Below, piece by piece: positions 1 to 8,350 of a stretch of 33,654 bases of DNA. The stretch covers positions 4,093 through 37,746 of the forward strand of contig CAZJOB010000003.1 in NCBI GenBank assembly GCA_964547435.1, read 5' to 3'. Both the position numbers and the translations under genes were made by a program. Numbering within the stretch: position 1 is the stretch's first letter; the number at the start of each line of letters is the position of its first letter. The notes under the pieces are model-generated. The model did no database searches and was not told the origin of the DNA. It saw only the letters and a program-made list of their open reading frames with translations. This stretch comes from an uncultured Desulfatiglans sp. (GTDB lineage Bacteria; Desulfobacterota; DSM-4660; Desulfatiglandales; HGW-15).

Positions 1-1141
1 TTCCCGGGCCTATGATGCCCATATCATACATCTTCTTCATATACCAGCCCAGGGCCGAGTATGCCGGAACCTCGGGTTGAATCGGGAAATCCGGATTATG
101 ATTGGTGGGAAATGACATGGGTCCCTGAAAACAGGTTTCCATGCCGTTTATTCCAAGCTGCTGAACAATGTCGGTTCCTTTCCGGTTCCATCTGGTTAAC
201 TCCGGGCCTCTGGGATCCAGGCTGCCTGCGTCGGTAGCAGTGAGACTGAACCATGTTGATTCGGCGCAGTCATCGGAATCCTGACTGTACGCACGATCCC
301 GGTTATGACATTTTCTCTGCTGGCCACAGCCAATACAGGCCGATCCGACCGATTGGCCGCCGAATCCTGCGAAACCGGGCCCCGACGGCCAGTTCTTTTC
401 ATACCAATCCCTGGCGTCTTTTAATCCCTTTGGGTCGGCTATCTTTATTCCCTTTGTTCCAACAACAGCAACGGCCTTAAGGTTTTTGGATCCGAATACA
501 CCTCCGAATCCTCCCTGTCCGGCGCCGCTGCCGCCTCCGTGTATCAGAGAAGCGACCCTGGTCATATTTTCACCAGCGGCTCCGATGGTTACAATAGCAG
601 GTCTTTGAATAGTATATCTACCGTCTATTTCCTGCCACTGCTGGCCATATCGAATGCCTGATTTCTTCCATATCTCTTCCTCGCATTCCCATGTTGTAAG
701 ACCCCACAGGTCTTTAGCATCTTCAATTGTTACCTTATCGTCTACAATATTTATATAAACCGGAGAATCCGCCCTTCCGATCACCGCCACGCCATCCCAT
801 CCGGCCATCTTCATAAAGGTGGAAAACATACCGCCGAAATTGCTGTGACCGAACCACTGTATCGGGTAACACTGGGGAGATAAACCTGAAACACTCGTCC
901 TGGCCCCCCATGGAACCCCGGTTCCGCTGACAGGTCCGGTAATGAGAGAAACCATATTTTTAGGATTAAAGGCGTCCTTAAGATCCCAGTCTCCCGGAAG
1001 AACGCAAAACTCCCAGAAAAGGGCCGTGGCAATTCCGTGTCCTCCGCCGTATGGTTCATATTTTTCTGTGTCTAATGCCCTTATCTCTTTATTCGTAAGA
1101 TTAACTAATAATAATTTTCCGCCATATCCTGGTGTAGCCAT
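1..1141 (-). CDS. Aldehyde:ferredoxin oxidoreductase (AOR) family tungsto/molybdopterin enzyme; N-terminal 380 codons, 3' end lies outside the window
   Basis: It is absent from the ORF track because it runs off the window edge. My translation from ATG 1141-1139 (AAGGAG 7 nt upstream) stays open to position 2. It reads MATPGYGGKLLLVNLTNKEIRALDTEKYEPYGGGHGIATALFWEF...GSKNLKAVAVVGTKGIKIADP...SACIGCGQQRKC... The N-terminal domain and Cys cluster are typical of AOR-family enzymes. No signal peptide is present. Confidence 0.8.
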   Translation of the reverse strand, partial: MATPGYGGKLLLVNLTNKEIRALDTEKYEPYGGGHGIATALFWEFCVLPGDWDLKDAFNPKNMVSLITGPVSGTGVPWGARTSVSGLSPQCYPIQWFGHSNFGGMFSTFMKMAGWDGVAVIGRADSPVYINIVDDKVTIEDAKDLWGLTTWECEEEIWKKSGIRYGQQWQEIDGRYTIQRPAIVTIGAAGENMTRVASLIHGGGSGAGQGGFGGVFGSKNLKAVAVVGTKGIKIADPKGLKDARDWYEKNWPSGPGFAGFGGQSVGSACIGCGQQRKCHNRDRAYSQDSDDCAESTWFSLTATDAGSLDPRGPELTRWNRKGTDIVQQLGINGMETCFQGPMSFPTNHNPDFPIQPEVPAYSALGWYMKKMYDMGIIGPG

Positions 1142-1158
1142 AACTGTACTCCTTTCTT

Positions 1159-1875
1159 TTACTCTTTAGCCTTGGGTTTAGCAAACGGGAAAGCCGGCAT
1201 CGGCTTTCTGGGCGGCTGCAGGTTCCGGTCATATCCATTGATATCGGTCTGATCAGGGAGTTCATCCACAACCTTCAAGGCGTTCGCGACGCAGGCCTCT
1301 ACGCAGGCCTGTGAGCCATTTATTCCGCCTTTTTTGTTATAATAGGGAGTATCTGTGCATAAATCACACTTCATGGCTTTTTCTGTAACATGATTCCATA
1401 TCGGTCTATGCGGTATAAACGGGCAGGATTGTATGCATGTCTTACAGCCTATGCATTCATCCGCGTTGATCATTCTTATGTTGCCGTTTTCAGCGCTTAT
1501 ATGACACGCCCCTGTGGGACAATTTTTAACGCATAGAGGGTCCGGACACTGCCGGCAAAGGTTTATCTGAATATCAAAGGGATATTCATCAAGAACATTC
1601 CTATGAACCTGTATTCGCGACAGGGACAGATTGACTACACCCTCGTGAACAAGAGAGCATGAGATCATGCAGCCGTAACATCCGGCGCAGTTTTTGCTGT
1701 CACAGACCAGATATTTGGTTGACAGCGGGTATTCCTCCTTTGCTTCTGCTGCCGTGGGAGAACAGACAGCAAGGGCGGTTCCCGCAATCGCGGTACCCCC
1801 AATAGTCAGAAAATCACGCCTTGAATATTCCCTTTTTTCGGTTTTGTCGGGCACTTTTTTAAGGTCTTTTGACAT
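1159..1875 (-). CDS. Tat-signal 4x[4Fe-4S] ferredoxin-like electron-transfer subunit (DmsB/NrfC/HybA/YdhX type)
   Basis: This is the ORF-track frame. I prefer ATG 1875 (GGAGG 8 nt upstream) over the GTG at 1884. The twin-arginine motif SRRDFL is followed by a hydrophobic region and AEA. Four Cys groups are present: CAGCYGCMISC, CRQCPDPLCVKNCP, CIGCKTCIQSCP and CDLC...CVEAC. The gene ends 17 nt upstream of the AOR gene. Confidence 0.85.
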   Translation of the reverse strand: MSKDLKKVPDKTEKREYSRRDFLTIGGTAIAGTALAVCSPTAAEAKEEYPLSTKYLVCDSKNCAGCYGCMISCSLVHEGVVNLSLSRIQVHRNVLDEYPFDIQINLCRQCPDPLCVKNCPTGACHISAENGNIRMINADECIGCKTCIQSCPFIPHRPIWNHVTEKAMKCDLCTDTPYYNKKGGINGSQACVEACVANALKVVDELPDQTDINGYDRNLQPPRKPMPAFPFAKPKAKE

Positions 1876-2175
1876 GAATGACACCTCCGTAAATGAACTT
1901 GTTATTATATATCGACCTTTCGAACATTCGAATAAATCCTTTTCTTATCTGTAACAACTCCGGTATCTCGATCACTTGCGAATAAATGAAGGCACTCGGC
2001 GTCATAGATAACAAGAATTTACAGTTATATTAGTATAGGAATATATATTATGCATGTCAAGAAAGATATGGGATTAAAAATTGGCGGGAAAAGACCATAT
2101 ATCAAAATAAAATGATGCTAAACTGCATTTTTACCCTTCAAAAAGATTAAATAGGTTACGATTGATAGAATACGA

Positions 2176-2203
2176 GGCATGACACCTTTTCAGTTGTCAT
2201 GCC
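2176..2203 (-). terminator. Stem-loop downstream of paralog P1; possible intrinsic terminator
   Basis: ggcatgaca / tgtcatgcc form a perfect 9-bp stem with a 10-nt loop, 13 nt after the P1 stop. The minus-strand tail is UCGUAUUCUAUC, which is U-rich but not a clean U-run. Confidence 0.45.
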
Positions 2204-2215
2204 CCGCTTGTATAG

Positions 2216-3175
2216 TCACCGGATATTCTGTATCTCCTCGGACATTCCCTGCTCATAGGTGCTCCACCCGGAATTCAGGCCGAAGGCGCCTCTAAGAAAA
2301 ACAGCCTCAATCCGACGAATATTTCCCTTTTCAATCTTGAACAGCTCTGCTATCTGCCAGGTCCAGTTGATCGAGTGATGGTCAAAAAAACCGAACGCGA
2401 AGACTATTCCGCGTTCCCTGTCCACCGCGACAAAGCGGCGGTCGCGAATACGTGTGACAATGCCTGCCAGTTGTCCCGACTCAAACTGTGCCTTGCAATT
2501 GGTCTGTGTGGTCTGCATGCCGTTTTCAAAACGTTCGCAGTCATCTGTGAAAGGATAGTATCCCTTGCCGTCGTTTCTCTGCAGGCCCTCGAAATAATAG
2601 TCCGCAATCTTGACGAGTTCTTCCCGTGACATGCGTTCTTCTTCAGGTATGACCTCAGTGTAGACCTTATGAGGAGCTCCCATCTTTTCAACCGCCTCTC
2701 CGGTCGGAGGAAAGCGTGAGGGCTTCTGTTCCTCTTCTTCAAAAAGACTCGTCTCGGGACGTATCACAAGCTGTTCCGCCTCGCAGATCTTCCCGTTGTC
2801 GTCAATTTTCAAACGAATCGCGACGGCCGGCAGAGTCTCCTTTGCGTTCGGCCCGGCCCCGCCTCCTTCCTTGACTGTTCCAATATAGGCAATCTGACGG
2901 GTCTCCACATCAGGAACATAGAATTTATAGTTCCCCCTGCCTGTCATACTGTACCAGAGACCTTCACCGCCCAGGGGCAGTTGAACGCCGTTTTCTGTAA
3001 ATTTACAGTCCCTGGTAAAGAGTTCCAGGCTGGGATCATTGTTCATCATGGCGTCCATGTATTGATCAAGATAATTTTCCAGACACTCCCGGTCACAGAC
3101 CGGTTTATCACCCTGCGCAAAGGCCAATGGTGTCACGAACAATAATGCCGCGAAAATAAATACTCTCATCCTCAT
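2216..3175 (-). CDS. Exported protein of an uncharacterised paralog family, one module (P1)
   Basis: 319-aa ORF with AAGGAGG upstream. The signal peptide is MRMRVFIFAALLFVTPLAFA|QG. It is roughly 75% identical by eye to P2 and shares the module motifs CDRECL, F-x-ENG, GEGLW, RLKIDD..I.E.E, DDC.R.ENG and F.I..G.I..IEA. Confidence 0.85.
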   Translation of the reverse strand: MRMRVFIFAALLFVTPLAFAQGDKPVCDRECLENYLDQYMDAMMNNDPSLELFTRDCKFTENGVQLPLGGEGLWYSMTGRGNYKFYVPDVETRQIAYIGTVKEGGGAGPNAKETLPAVAIRLKIDDNGKICEAEQLVIRPETSLFEEEEQKPSRFPPTGEAVEKMGAPHKVYTEVIPEEERMSREELVKIADYYFEGLQRNDGKGYYPFTDDCERFENGMQTTQTNCKAQFESGQLAGIVTRIRDRRFVAVDRERGIVFAFGFFDHHSINWTWQIAELFKIEKGNIRRIEAVFLRGAFGLNSGWSTYEQGMSEEIQNIR

Positions 3176-3198
3176 AACACTCCTCCTTTATCTCTGTA

Positions 3199-4218
3199 TT
3201 ATCTGATGCTCTGAATCTCCTCGGAAATCCCCTGCTCGTATGTGCTCCATCCGGCATTCATTCCGAATGGACATTTGTGAAATACTGCTTCAATACGGCG
3301 GATAAGTCCGTTTTCGATCTTGAACAGTTCTGCCAACTGCCATGTAAAGTTTATGGAGTGATGATCAAAAAAACCAAATGCAAACACGATACCCCTCTCA
3401 CGGTCCACTGCCACAAACCTGCGGTCCCTGATTCTCGTAACAAAGCTGAGAAGCCCGGACTCGAACTGCTCCTTGCATCCCCAGGAAGCCGAATACATGG
3501 TCGAGGTTTTGGGATCGGGCCGTTTCTGGCCTTCCGGCACAGGAACATTCGTTGTCGGCATTCCATTTTCAATGCGATGACAATCATCTGTAAACGGGTA
3601 ATACCCCTTGCCGTCGTTCCTCTGCATACCCTCAAAGTAATAATTGGCCGCCTCGACAAGTTCTTCCCGTGACATGCGTTCTGCCTCCGGTATGACCTCG
3701 GTATATATCTTGTGGGGCGCACCCAATTTTTCGACGCTCTCGCCCGTGGGTGGAAACTGCATGCCGCCGCCTCCACCGCCGCCTAACATGCTTGTATCGG
3801 GACGTATAACGAGCTGTTCGGCTTCGCAAATCTTTCCGCTGTCATCTATCTTCAGACGAAGCGCGAAAGCTGAAATTGTGGCTTGTGCAGGAGGAGCGTC
3901 GCCCCCCTCTTTGACCGTTCCGATATATGCGACCTGCCTGGTCTCAATATCAGGCACGTAAAATTTATAGTTGCCCCTTCCTGACATGCTGAACCACAGC
4001 CCCTCGCCGCCCAGGGGCAGCCGAACGCCGTTTTCGGTAAATTTACAGTCTCTGGCAAAAAGTTCCGGGCCGGGGTCATTGGCCATCATTGAATCGAGAT
4101 ACCTGTCAACATAATTTTCCAGGCATGCCCGGTCACAGGTTGGTTTTACCGCATCCTGGGCATAGGAAACTGAACCAGTGAATAATATAACCGCAAAAAT
4201 CAATAGTCTCATTCGCAT
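3199..4218 (-). CDS. Exported protein of an uncharacterised paralog family, one module (P2)
   Basis: 339-aa ORF with AAGGAGG upstream. The signal peptide is MRMRLLIFAVILFTGSVSYA|QD. It is a tandem duplicate of P1, with a Gly7 linker and a 24-aa insertion relative to P1. Confidence 0.85.
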   Translation of the reverse strand: MRMRLLIFAVILFTGSVSYAQDAVKPTCDRACLENYVDRYLDSMMANDPGPELFARDCKFTENGVRLPLGGEGLWFSMSGRGNYKFYVPDIETRQVAYIGTVKEGGDAPPAQATISAFALRLKIDDSGKICEAEQLVIRPDTSMLGGGGGGGMQFPPTGESVEKLGAPHKIYTEVIPEAERMSREELVEAANYYFEGMQRNDGKGYYPFTDDCHRIENGMPTTNVPVPEGQKRPDPKTSTMYSASWGCKEQFESGLLSFVTRIRDRRFVAVDRERGIVFAFGFFDHHSINFTWQLAELFKIENGLIRRIEAVFHKCPFGMNAGWSTYEQGISEEIQSIR

Positions 4219-4241
4219 AGAAATCCTCCTTTATAAAGTGG

Positions 4242-4277
4242 CGTCCATTCAAAAAACGAATGTTTTTTGAATGGACG
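4242..4277 (-). promoter_or_regulatory. Perfect 16-bp intercistronic stem-loop between the selenoprotein candidate and P2
   Basis: cgtccattcaaaaaac-gaat-gttttttgaatggacg lies within the 71-nt gap. On the mRNA it sits just upstream of the P2 Shine-Dalgarno (..CCACUUUAUAAAGGAGG). No U-run follows it. Confidence 0.6.
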
Positions 4278-4289
4278 TCAGGTAGTTAT

Positions 4290-6020
4290 TTATCTCCACT
4301 CATCAACAGATGCACTCATCATATAGCTGAAATCCCCTGCCTGCCAGAACAGATTCGTCCCGCCGCCAAGGGATATTATGGTAATACTCTCAGGACGCGC
4401 GAACTGGGGAATCATTGCATCTTTCGGGAGCTTCATCCATGACGCGAAAGGTTCCTGCCCCATGCGGCCCATGGGAAGGATAAAATTCTGCACAGCATAA
4501 AAGTCATCCATCCAGTCTTCAACACTTACCTTTGTGTTCTTGTAGATCCATTCTATAAGCTGTTCCTTGGAATCAAACCCCTCATAGTCTTTCAACTGAT
4601 GTGTGATATTCGGATCCAGAAGAAGAGTCGCGGAGGAAAATGGGCTCACGAATTTCAGCCAGAAGGGTATCTGCGGGTGAAATGTCTTTTCCATGCTCTG
4701 GTCCGGATGTGTGAATCCCCATCCCAGAAACACGCTTACAGTGCTTTCTTCCGGTTTAAAGCCCTTCTGAACATGCAGAGGCTTCCATCCCGCGGGCAGT
4801 TCCTCTTCATTTTCAGCCATGCAGAGGTTGTTATAGTTATAGTTGTTGCCCTGACTGCCCATGTAGGTCTCACCAACCTTTCCGGATGCGCCCAGGTTGA
4901 TGGACATAAGGGTCCAGGCCCTTCCTATGACCGCGTTGGCGTGATTGAATGGCCCCAGGGCGCCTATTCCGGAATTCATGCCTATTTCGTTACGAACCGG
5001 ACCGTTCACAATCATCATGGTCGCGAAAGAGGTCGTGGATGTGGAAAGCGCGGTCATGCCCGTGGACGCCAGCGCCAGGATCACCGGAAAGTGCTCAGGT
5101 TTGGCCCCTGCCATTACGGCATTGACAGCAACCTTTTCCACCGTATAACTCCATAATTCATGAGGAGTAGATGGCTGCATCTTGCCCACCTCTTCATTCG
5201 CTCCGCGGCTTGTCCCCTGAAGCATCTCCGCGACTCTTTTTTCTGTGGGAAGCACAATGGGAAGCCCATCTGTCCACCCCTTTTCCAGAAACAGGCGATG
5301 CAGGTTTTCTTCTGTATTCTGTTCCACCAGTCTTGGCGTGGGTCTTTCAATAAACCCTGTCTTTTTGTCTTCACTGCCAAGCGGAACGGTAAGGGCATCA
5401 ATAATCATGTCAATGACAGGCCTTCCTGTAACCAGGTCATTTCCTTTCAGATATTTCCGGCATACCTCAGAGGTAGTGCCCGCTATAGGATGAGGCACAA
5501 ACGTAAAACGTTCATTGGGCATGCCCTTTTTATATGCGTAGGTTGTCACAAGTTCCCTGAATCTTATGGTGCTTATGGGTGCTGTGGGCACCCCAAGCTT
5601 TTCAACTGTCCAGCAGTGGCCGGCGACCGACGGCGCGCAGGTGCTTCAATGCCCCACGCCCATGATCATGCCGTGCCCCTTTTCCTTGATCTCAGCCCAC
5701 AGATCAGGGTCATCATTAAAATATGTCCCTATCTTTCTTCGTAAAACCCATGTGGTTGCCGGATATTTTTCCTGTAAAAGTTCCTTCAGTTCTGCCAGGA
5801 ACTGATCCGTGGCCGAAAAACCTATATCCACAATGTATATTGTTTTTCCTTTAAGGTCATCGATCCTTGGGGCCATGGGGACCCGTTCAATAGCCGGGGG
5901 CTGGCCCAGAGGATTAAGGACTGTGATTTCCGGTTCCTTTTCCCGGGACAGCGTCGATGAAGCCGTGATCGTGATCAATGCAACGAAAAACAACAACCCT
6001 ATATTAATGTTCTTTTTCAA
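4290..6020 (-). CDS. Candidate exported selenoprotein: GrdB/PrdB/'UGSC'-like U-x-x-C core fused to an unassigned C-terminal domain (TGA at 5646-5648 read as Sec)
   Basis: Track ORFs 5646..6056 and 4290..5591 share one frame and are separated only by TGA plus 18 open codons. The downstream ORF has only a GTG start and no SD. The junction reads GMIMGVGH-U-STCAPSVAGHCWTVEKLGVPT...FVPHPIAG. I prefer the TTG start at 6020 (AAGGAGG 6 nt upstream), which gives MKKNINIGLLFFVALITITASS. If the TGA is a true stop, these are two separate genes (136 aa and 433 aa). Confidence 0.6.
5610..5641 (-). promoter_or_regulatory. Candidate bacterial SECIS stem-loop
   Basis: In the mRNA after UGA, a GCCG/CGGC upper stem carries the apical loop UCGGUCGC, which starts 16 nt after the UGA. 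A lower CC.GC/GC.GG helix lies across an internal loop. I folded this by eye only. A second 6-bp hairpin, GGGUGC-CCACA-GCACCC, lies at 5577-5593. Confidence 0.3.
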
Positions 6021-6112
6021 AAGACGCCCTCCTTTTAAGACATTTAATTGGGTCAATCCTAATTTTTCAAAGGATTATGTCCTGTTTTAATTGAGAAATT
6101 TGCCAAGCAAGT

Positions 6113-6246
6113 ATCTACAGCCGTGCCCGGTGTCTGTCACCCTGAGCAAAGCGAAGGGTCTCTATTTTATGACCAGTCACATGCCGGATCATGCCATTCA
6201 GAATAACAGATTCATGAGAGATTCTTCGCTTCGCTCAGAATGACAT
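6113..6246 (+). repeat. Repeat family A, copy 1: MITE-like element of about 135 bp with imperfect terminal inverted repeats
   Basis: It is roughly 88% identical by eye to the reverse complement of 15869-15999. The ends, gtcaccctgagcaaagcgaagggtctc and gagattcttcgcttcgctcagaatgac, are inverted repeats of each other. Confidence 0.8.
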
Positions 6247-6305
6247 TTTTAAATTGCTCAGCATGCATCTGTGGATAACTCAATCATTGCGAATGCTGGA
6301 ATCCC

Positions 6306-6348
6306 ATAAAAATCTTGTACGGATTTGCATGAAAATCCGTACATAAGA
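6306..6348 (-). terminator. Intrinsic terminator after paralog P3
   Basis: The core stem gtacggattt/aaatccgtac (10 bp) extends to about 14 bp with one bulge. On the minus strand UUUUUAUGGG follows it directly. It lies about 80 nt after the P3 stop. Confidence 0.6.
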
Positions 6349-6425
6349 AATTGGTCTATCATACAATAATACTGTTAAATTAACGAGTTATGCCTTTTGA
6401 GCAATTCGAATATAGCCATTTAATC

Positions 6426-8327
6426 CTATTCCCAGCCGCTTGTCAGACCGGTTCCGGCGTAAAAATAACCGATTGCCTCTATATCATATATCTTCCCGTT
6501 CCGAATCTTATAGATATGGGCAGCAGGCAGTTCAAATGGACCCCACTCGTTTGGTCGTTCTGTGGTCCCCGGCACGCCCTTGATCTCCATTACCTTTGGT
6601 TCTCCGTTGTGGCGGAATATGGAAAAGGCGAATACAAGACCCTTTTCTTCATCAACGGCAAAGACACGCCTGTCGGTGATATCGGTAATATAGCTCATGA
6701 CCCCTGTGGTGAGCTGCTCCCCGCATTTCATCTTTCTGAACACCGAAAAGTCATCCTTTGCTGCCTCTTCCGGCGTCTGGGTCTGATCGTTCGCGCTAAT
6801 GCCGCCGTTCTCCCTGCGCTGGCATTCATCGGCAAATGGAGCTGCATCGCCGTTGTCCTGAAGGATTGCTTCGTAATATGAATTGGCGATCTCTATCATT
6901 CTTTCCCTGGGTATGCGCTCCATCTTTGGCTGTCTCTCCAGCAGAGCGGCCCGCACCTTTGACATGTTGGGATTTAAGGATTCCCCGGACTCATTATGAA
7001 TAACAAGGTGATCTATCTTCGTGATCATATGATCCTCCATCTTGAGCCTTATAGCCGCGATGGTCGGATTTTTATTCTCCTCAATCACACCCATAAATGC
7101 CACCTCACCGGCATCGGGATCAGCTACGATTATTCTGAAATCGGTCGGTCCTCCGGTCGCGGTCTTCCACAGCCCCTCACCAATGGAAATCTTTTTTGTG
7201 TTTTCCACAATTTTTACACCATCGGCAAGCGGAAGGCCCGCAGGGTCATTTTTGGCCAGGGAGGCAAGATACTGATCCATCTTTTCCTCCAGGCATTTTT
7301 TGTTGCAGTTCCAGCCGTCAGAGGCCTGGTATGGGACACCCACAATGGCCATTGCCTCGATCTCATAGATTTTGCCGTTTCGAATCTTATATATATGGGC
7401 AGCGGGAACAGTAAACTGGCCCCACTCGTTTTTACGTTCGGTCAGACCGGGCAGGTTTATAACCGGCATGGGGTCAGGTTCGCCATCATGGTTGAACATG
7501 GAATATACCATAACCAGTCCCATCTCCTCGTCTATGGCTACAGGACGAATCTGGTTGATATCCGTGATATACCTCCACATGCCCGTGTCCATCTGTTCCG
7601 CGCATGTCATCTTTAAGAAGGCCAGCATTCCGCCGGCAGATGTCATGTCTCCCTCCCCCATCTTTGGATCCTGATTATTGGCAGTGGTCATTCCGTTTTC
7701 ATTACGCTGGCATTCATCCGCAAAAGGCGCTGCCGCGCCGCTGTTCTGTTCAAGAGAATCATAATAGGCAAGCGCCGCCTTCAGCATCTTATAACGCGGA
7801 GTCTTTTCCGATTCATCCAGTTTTTCAATAAGTGCAGGACGCGGCTTTGTCAGACCTTCGGGCACAGCATCGCCAGCCATGGGAGATGACGCAGGAGAAA
7901 CCATGTGATCGATTTCGGTTATTTCACCCTTTTCAAGCTTCAGACGAGCGCCCACAAGAACCGGTTTTCCCTCGCTCTCCATAACTCCCATGAAACCGAT
8001 TCGTTCCTCAACAGGGTCAGCGACATAGATCTTGAAATCTGTCGGTCCCGCAGTGGCGGTTTTCCAGAGGCCCTCTCCAACCTTTATTGGCTGAATATTT
8101 TCCACAAACTTTGCATCGGCGGCAATAGGAATACCTGAAGGGTCATGCGCCACCAGTGCCGCAAGATATTGATCCATCAAATCAACCAGAGATGCCCGCA
8201 GATCAACCTGTTGTTCAGACTTGATCTCATCATCGGTCGCGGTGGGCTCTGTCTCCTTTTTTGAGCAGGAAAAATTTAATGTACACACAAAAAGAAAGAT
8301 AAATATCAGAATTGCTGTTTTTTTCAT
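6426..8327 (-). CDS. Exported (probably lipid-anchored) protein of the same paralog family, two tandem modules (P3)
   Basis: 633-aa ORF with AAGGAG upstream. The N-terminus is MKKTAILIFIFLFVCTLNFSC|SKKETE, a Cys after the hydrophobic region in a non-canonical lipobox. The second module starts at WNCNKKCLEEKMDQYL, and the protein ends in SGWE. Confidence 0.85.
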   Translation of the reverse strand: MKKTAILIFIFLFVCTLNFSCSKKETEPTATDDEIKSEQQVDLRASLVDLMDQYLAALVAHDPSGIPIAADAKFVENIQPIKVGEGLWKTATAGPTDFKIYVADPVEERIGFMGVMESEGKPVLVGARLKLEKGEITEIDHMVSPASSPMAGDAVPEGLTKPRPALIEKLDESEKTPRYKMLKAALAYYDSLEQNSGAAAPFADECQRNENGMTTANNQDPKMGEGDMTSAGGMLAFLKMTCAEQMDTGMWRYITDINQIRPVAIDEEMGLVMVYSMFNHDGEPDPMPVINLPGLTERKNEWGQFTVPAAHIYKIRNGKIYEIEAMAIVGVPYQASDGWNCNKKCLEEKMDQYLASLAKNDPAGLPLADGVKIVENTKKISIGEGLWKTATGGPTDFRIIVADPDAGEVAFMGVIEENKNPTIAAIRLKMEDHMITKIDHLVIHNESGESLNPNMSKVRAALLERQPKMERIPRERMIEIANSYYEAILQDNGDAAPFADECQRRENGGISANDQTQTPEEAAKDDFSVFRKMKCGEQLTTGVMSYITDITDRRVFAVDEEKGLVFAFSIFRHNGEPKVMEIKGVPGTTERPNEWGPFELPAAHIYKIRNGKIYDIEAIGYFYAGTGLTSGWE

Positions 8328-8350
8328 TTACTGCTCCTTTTTTTAAAAAA

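Noticed and set aside
4290-5591. Stand-alone 433-aa ORF starting at GTG 5591, as given in the ORF track
   Set aside because: There is no Shine-Dalgarno before the GTG. The 18 codons upstream are open in the same frame back to a TGA, and the motif spanning that TGA (GH-U-STC...GVPT) looks like one continuous domain. I therefore prefer the Sec read-through model, though this remains the fallback annotation.
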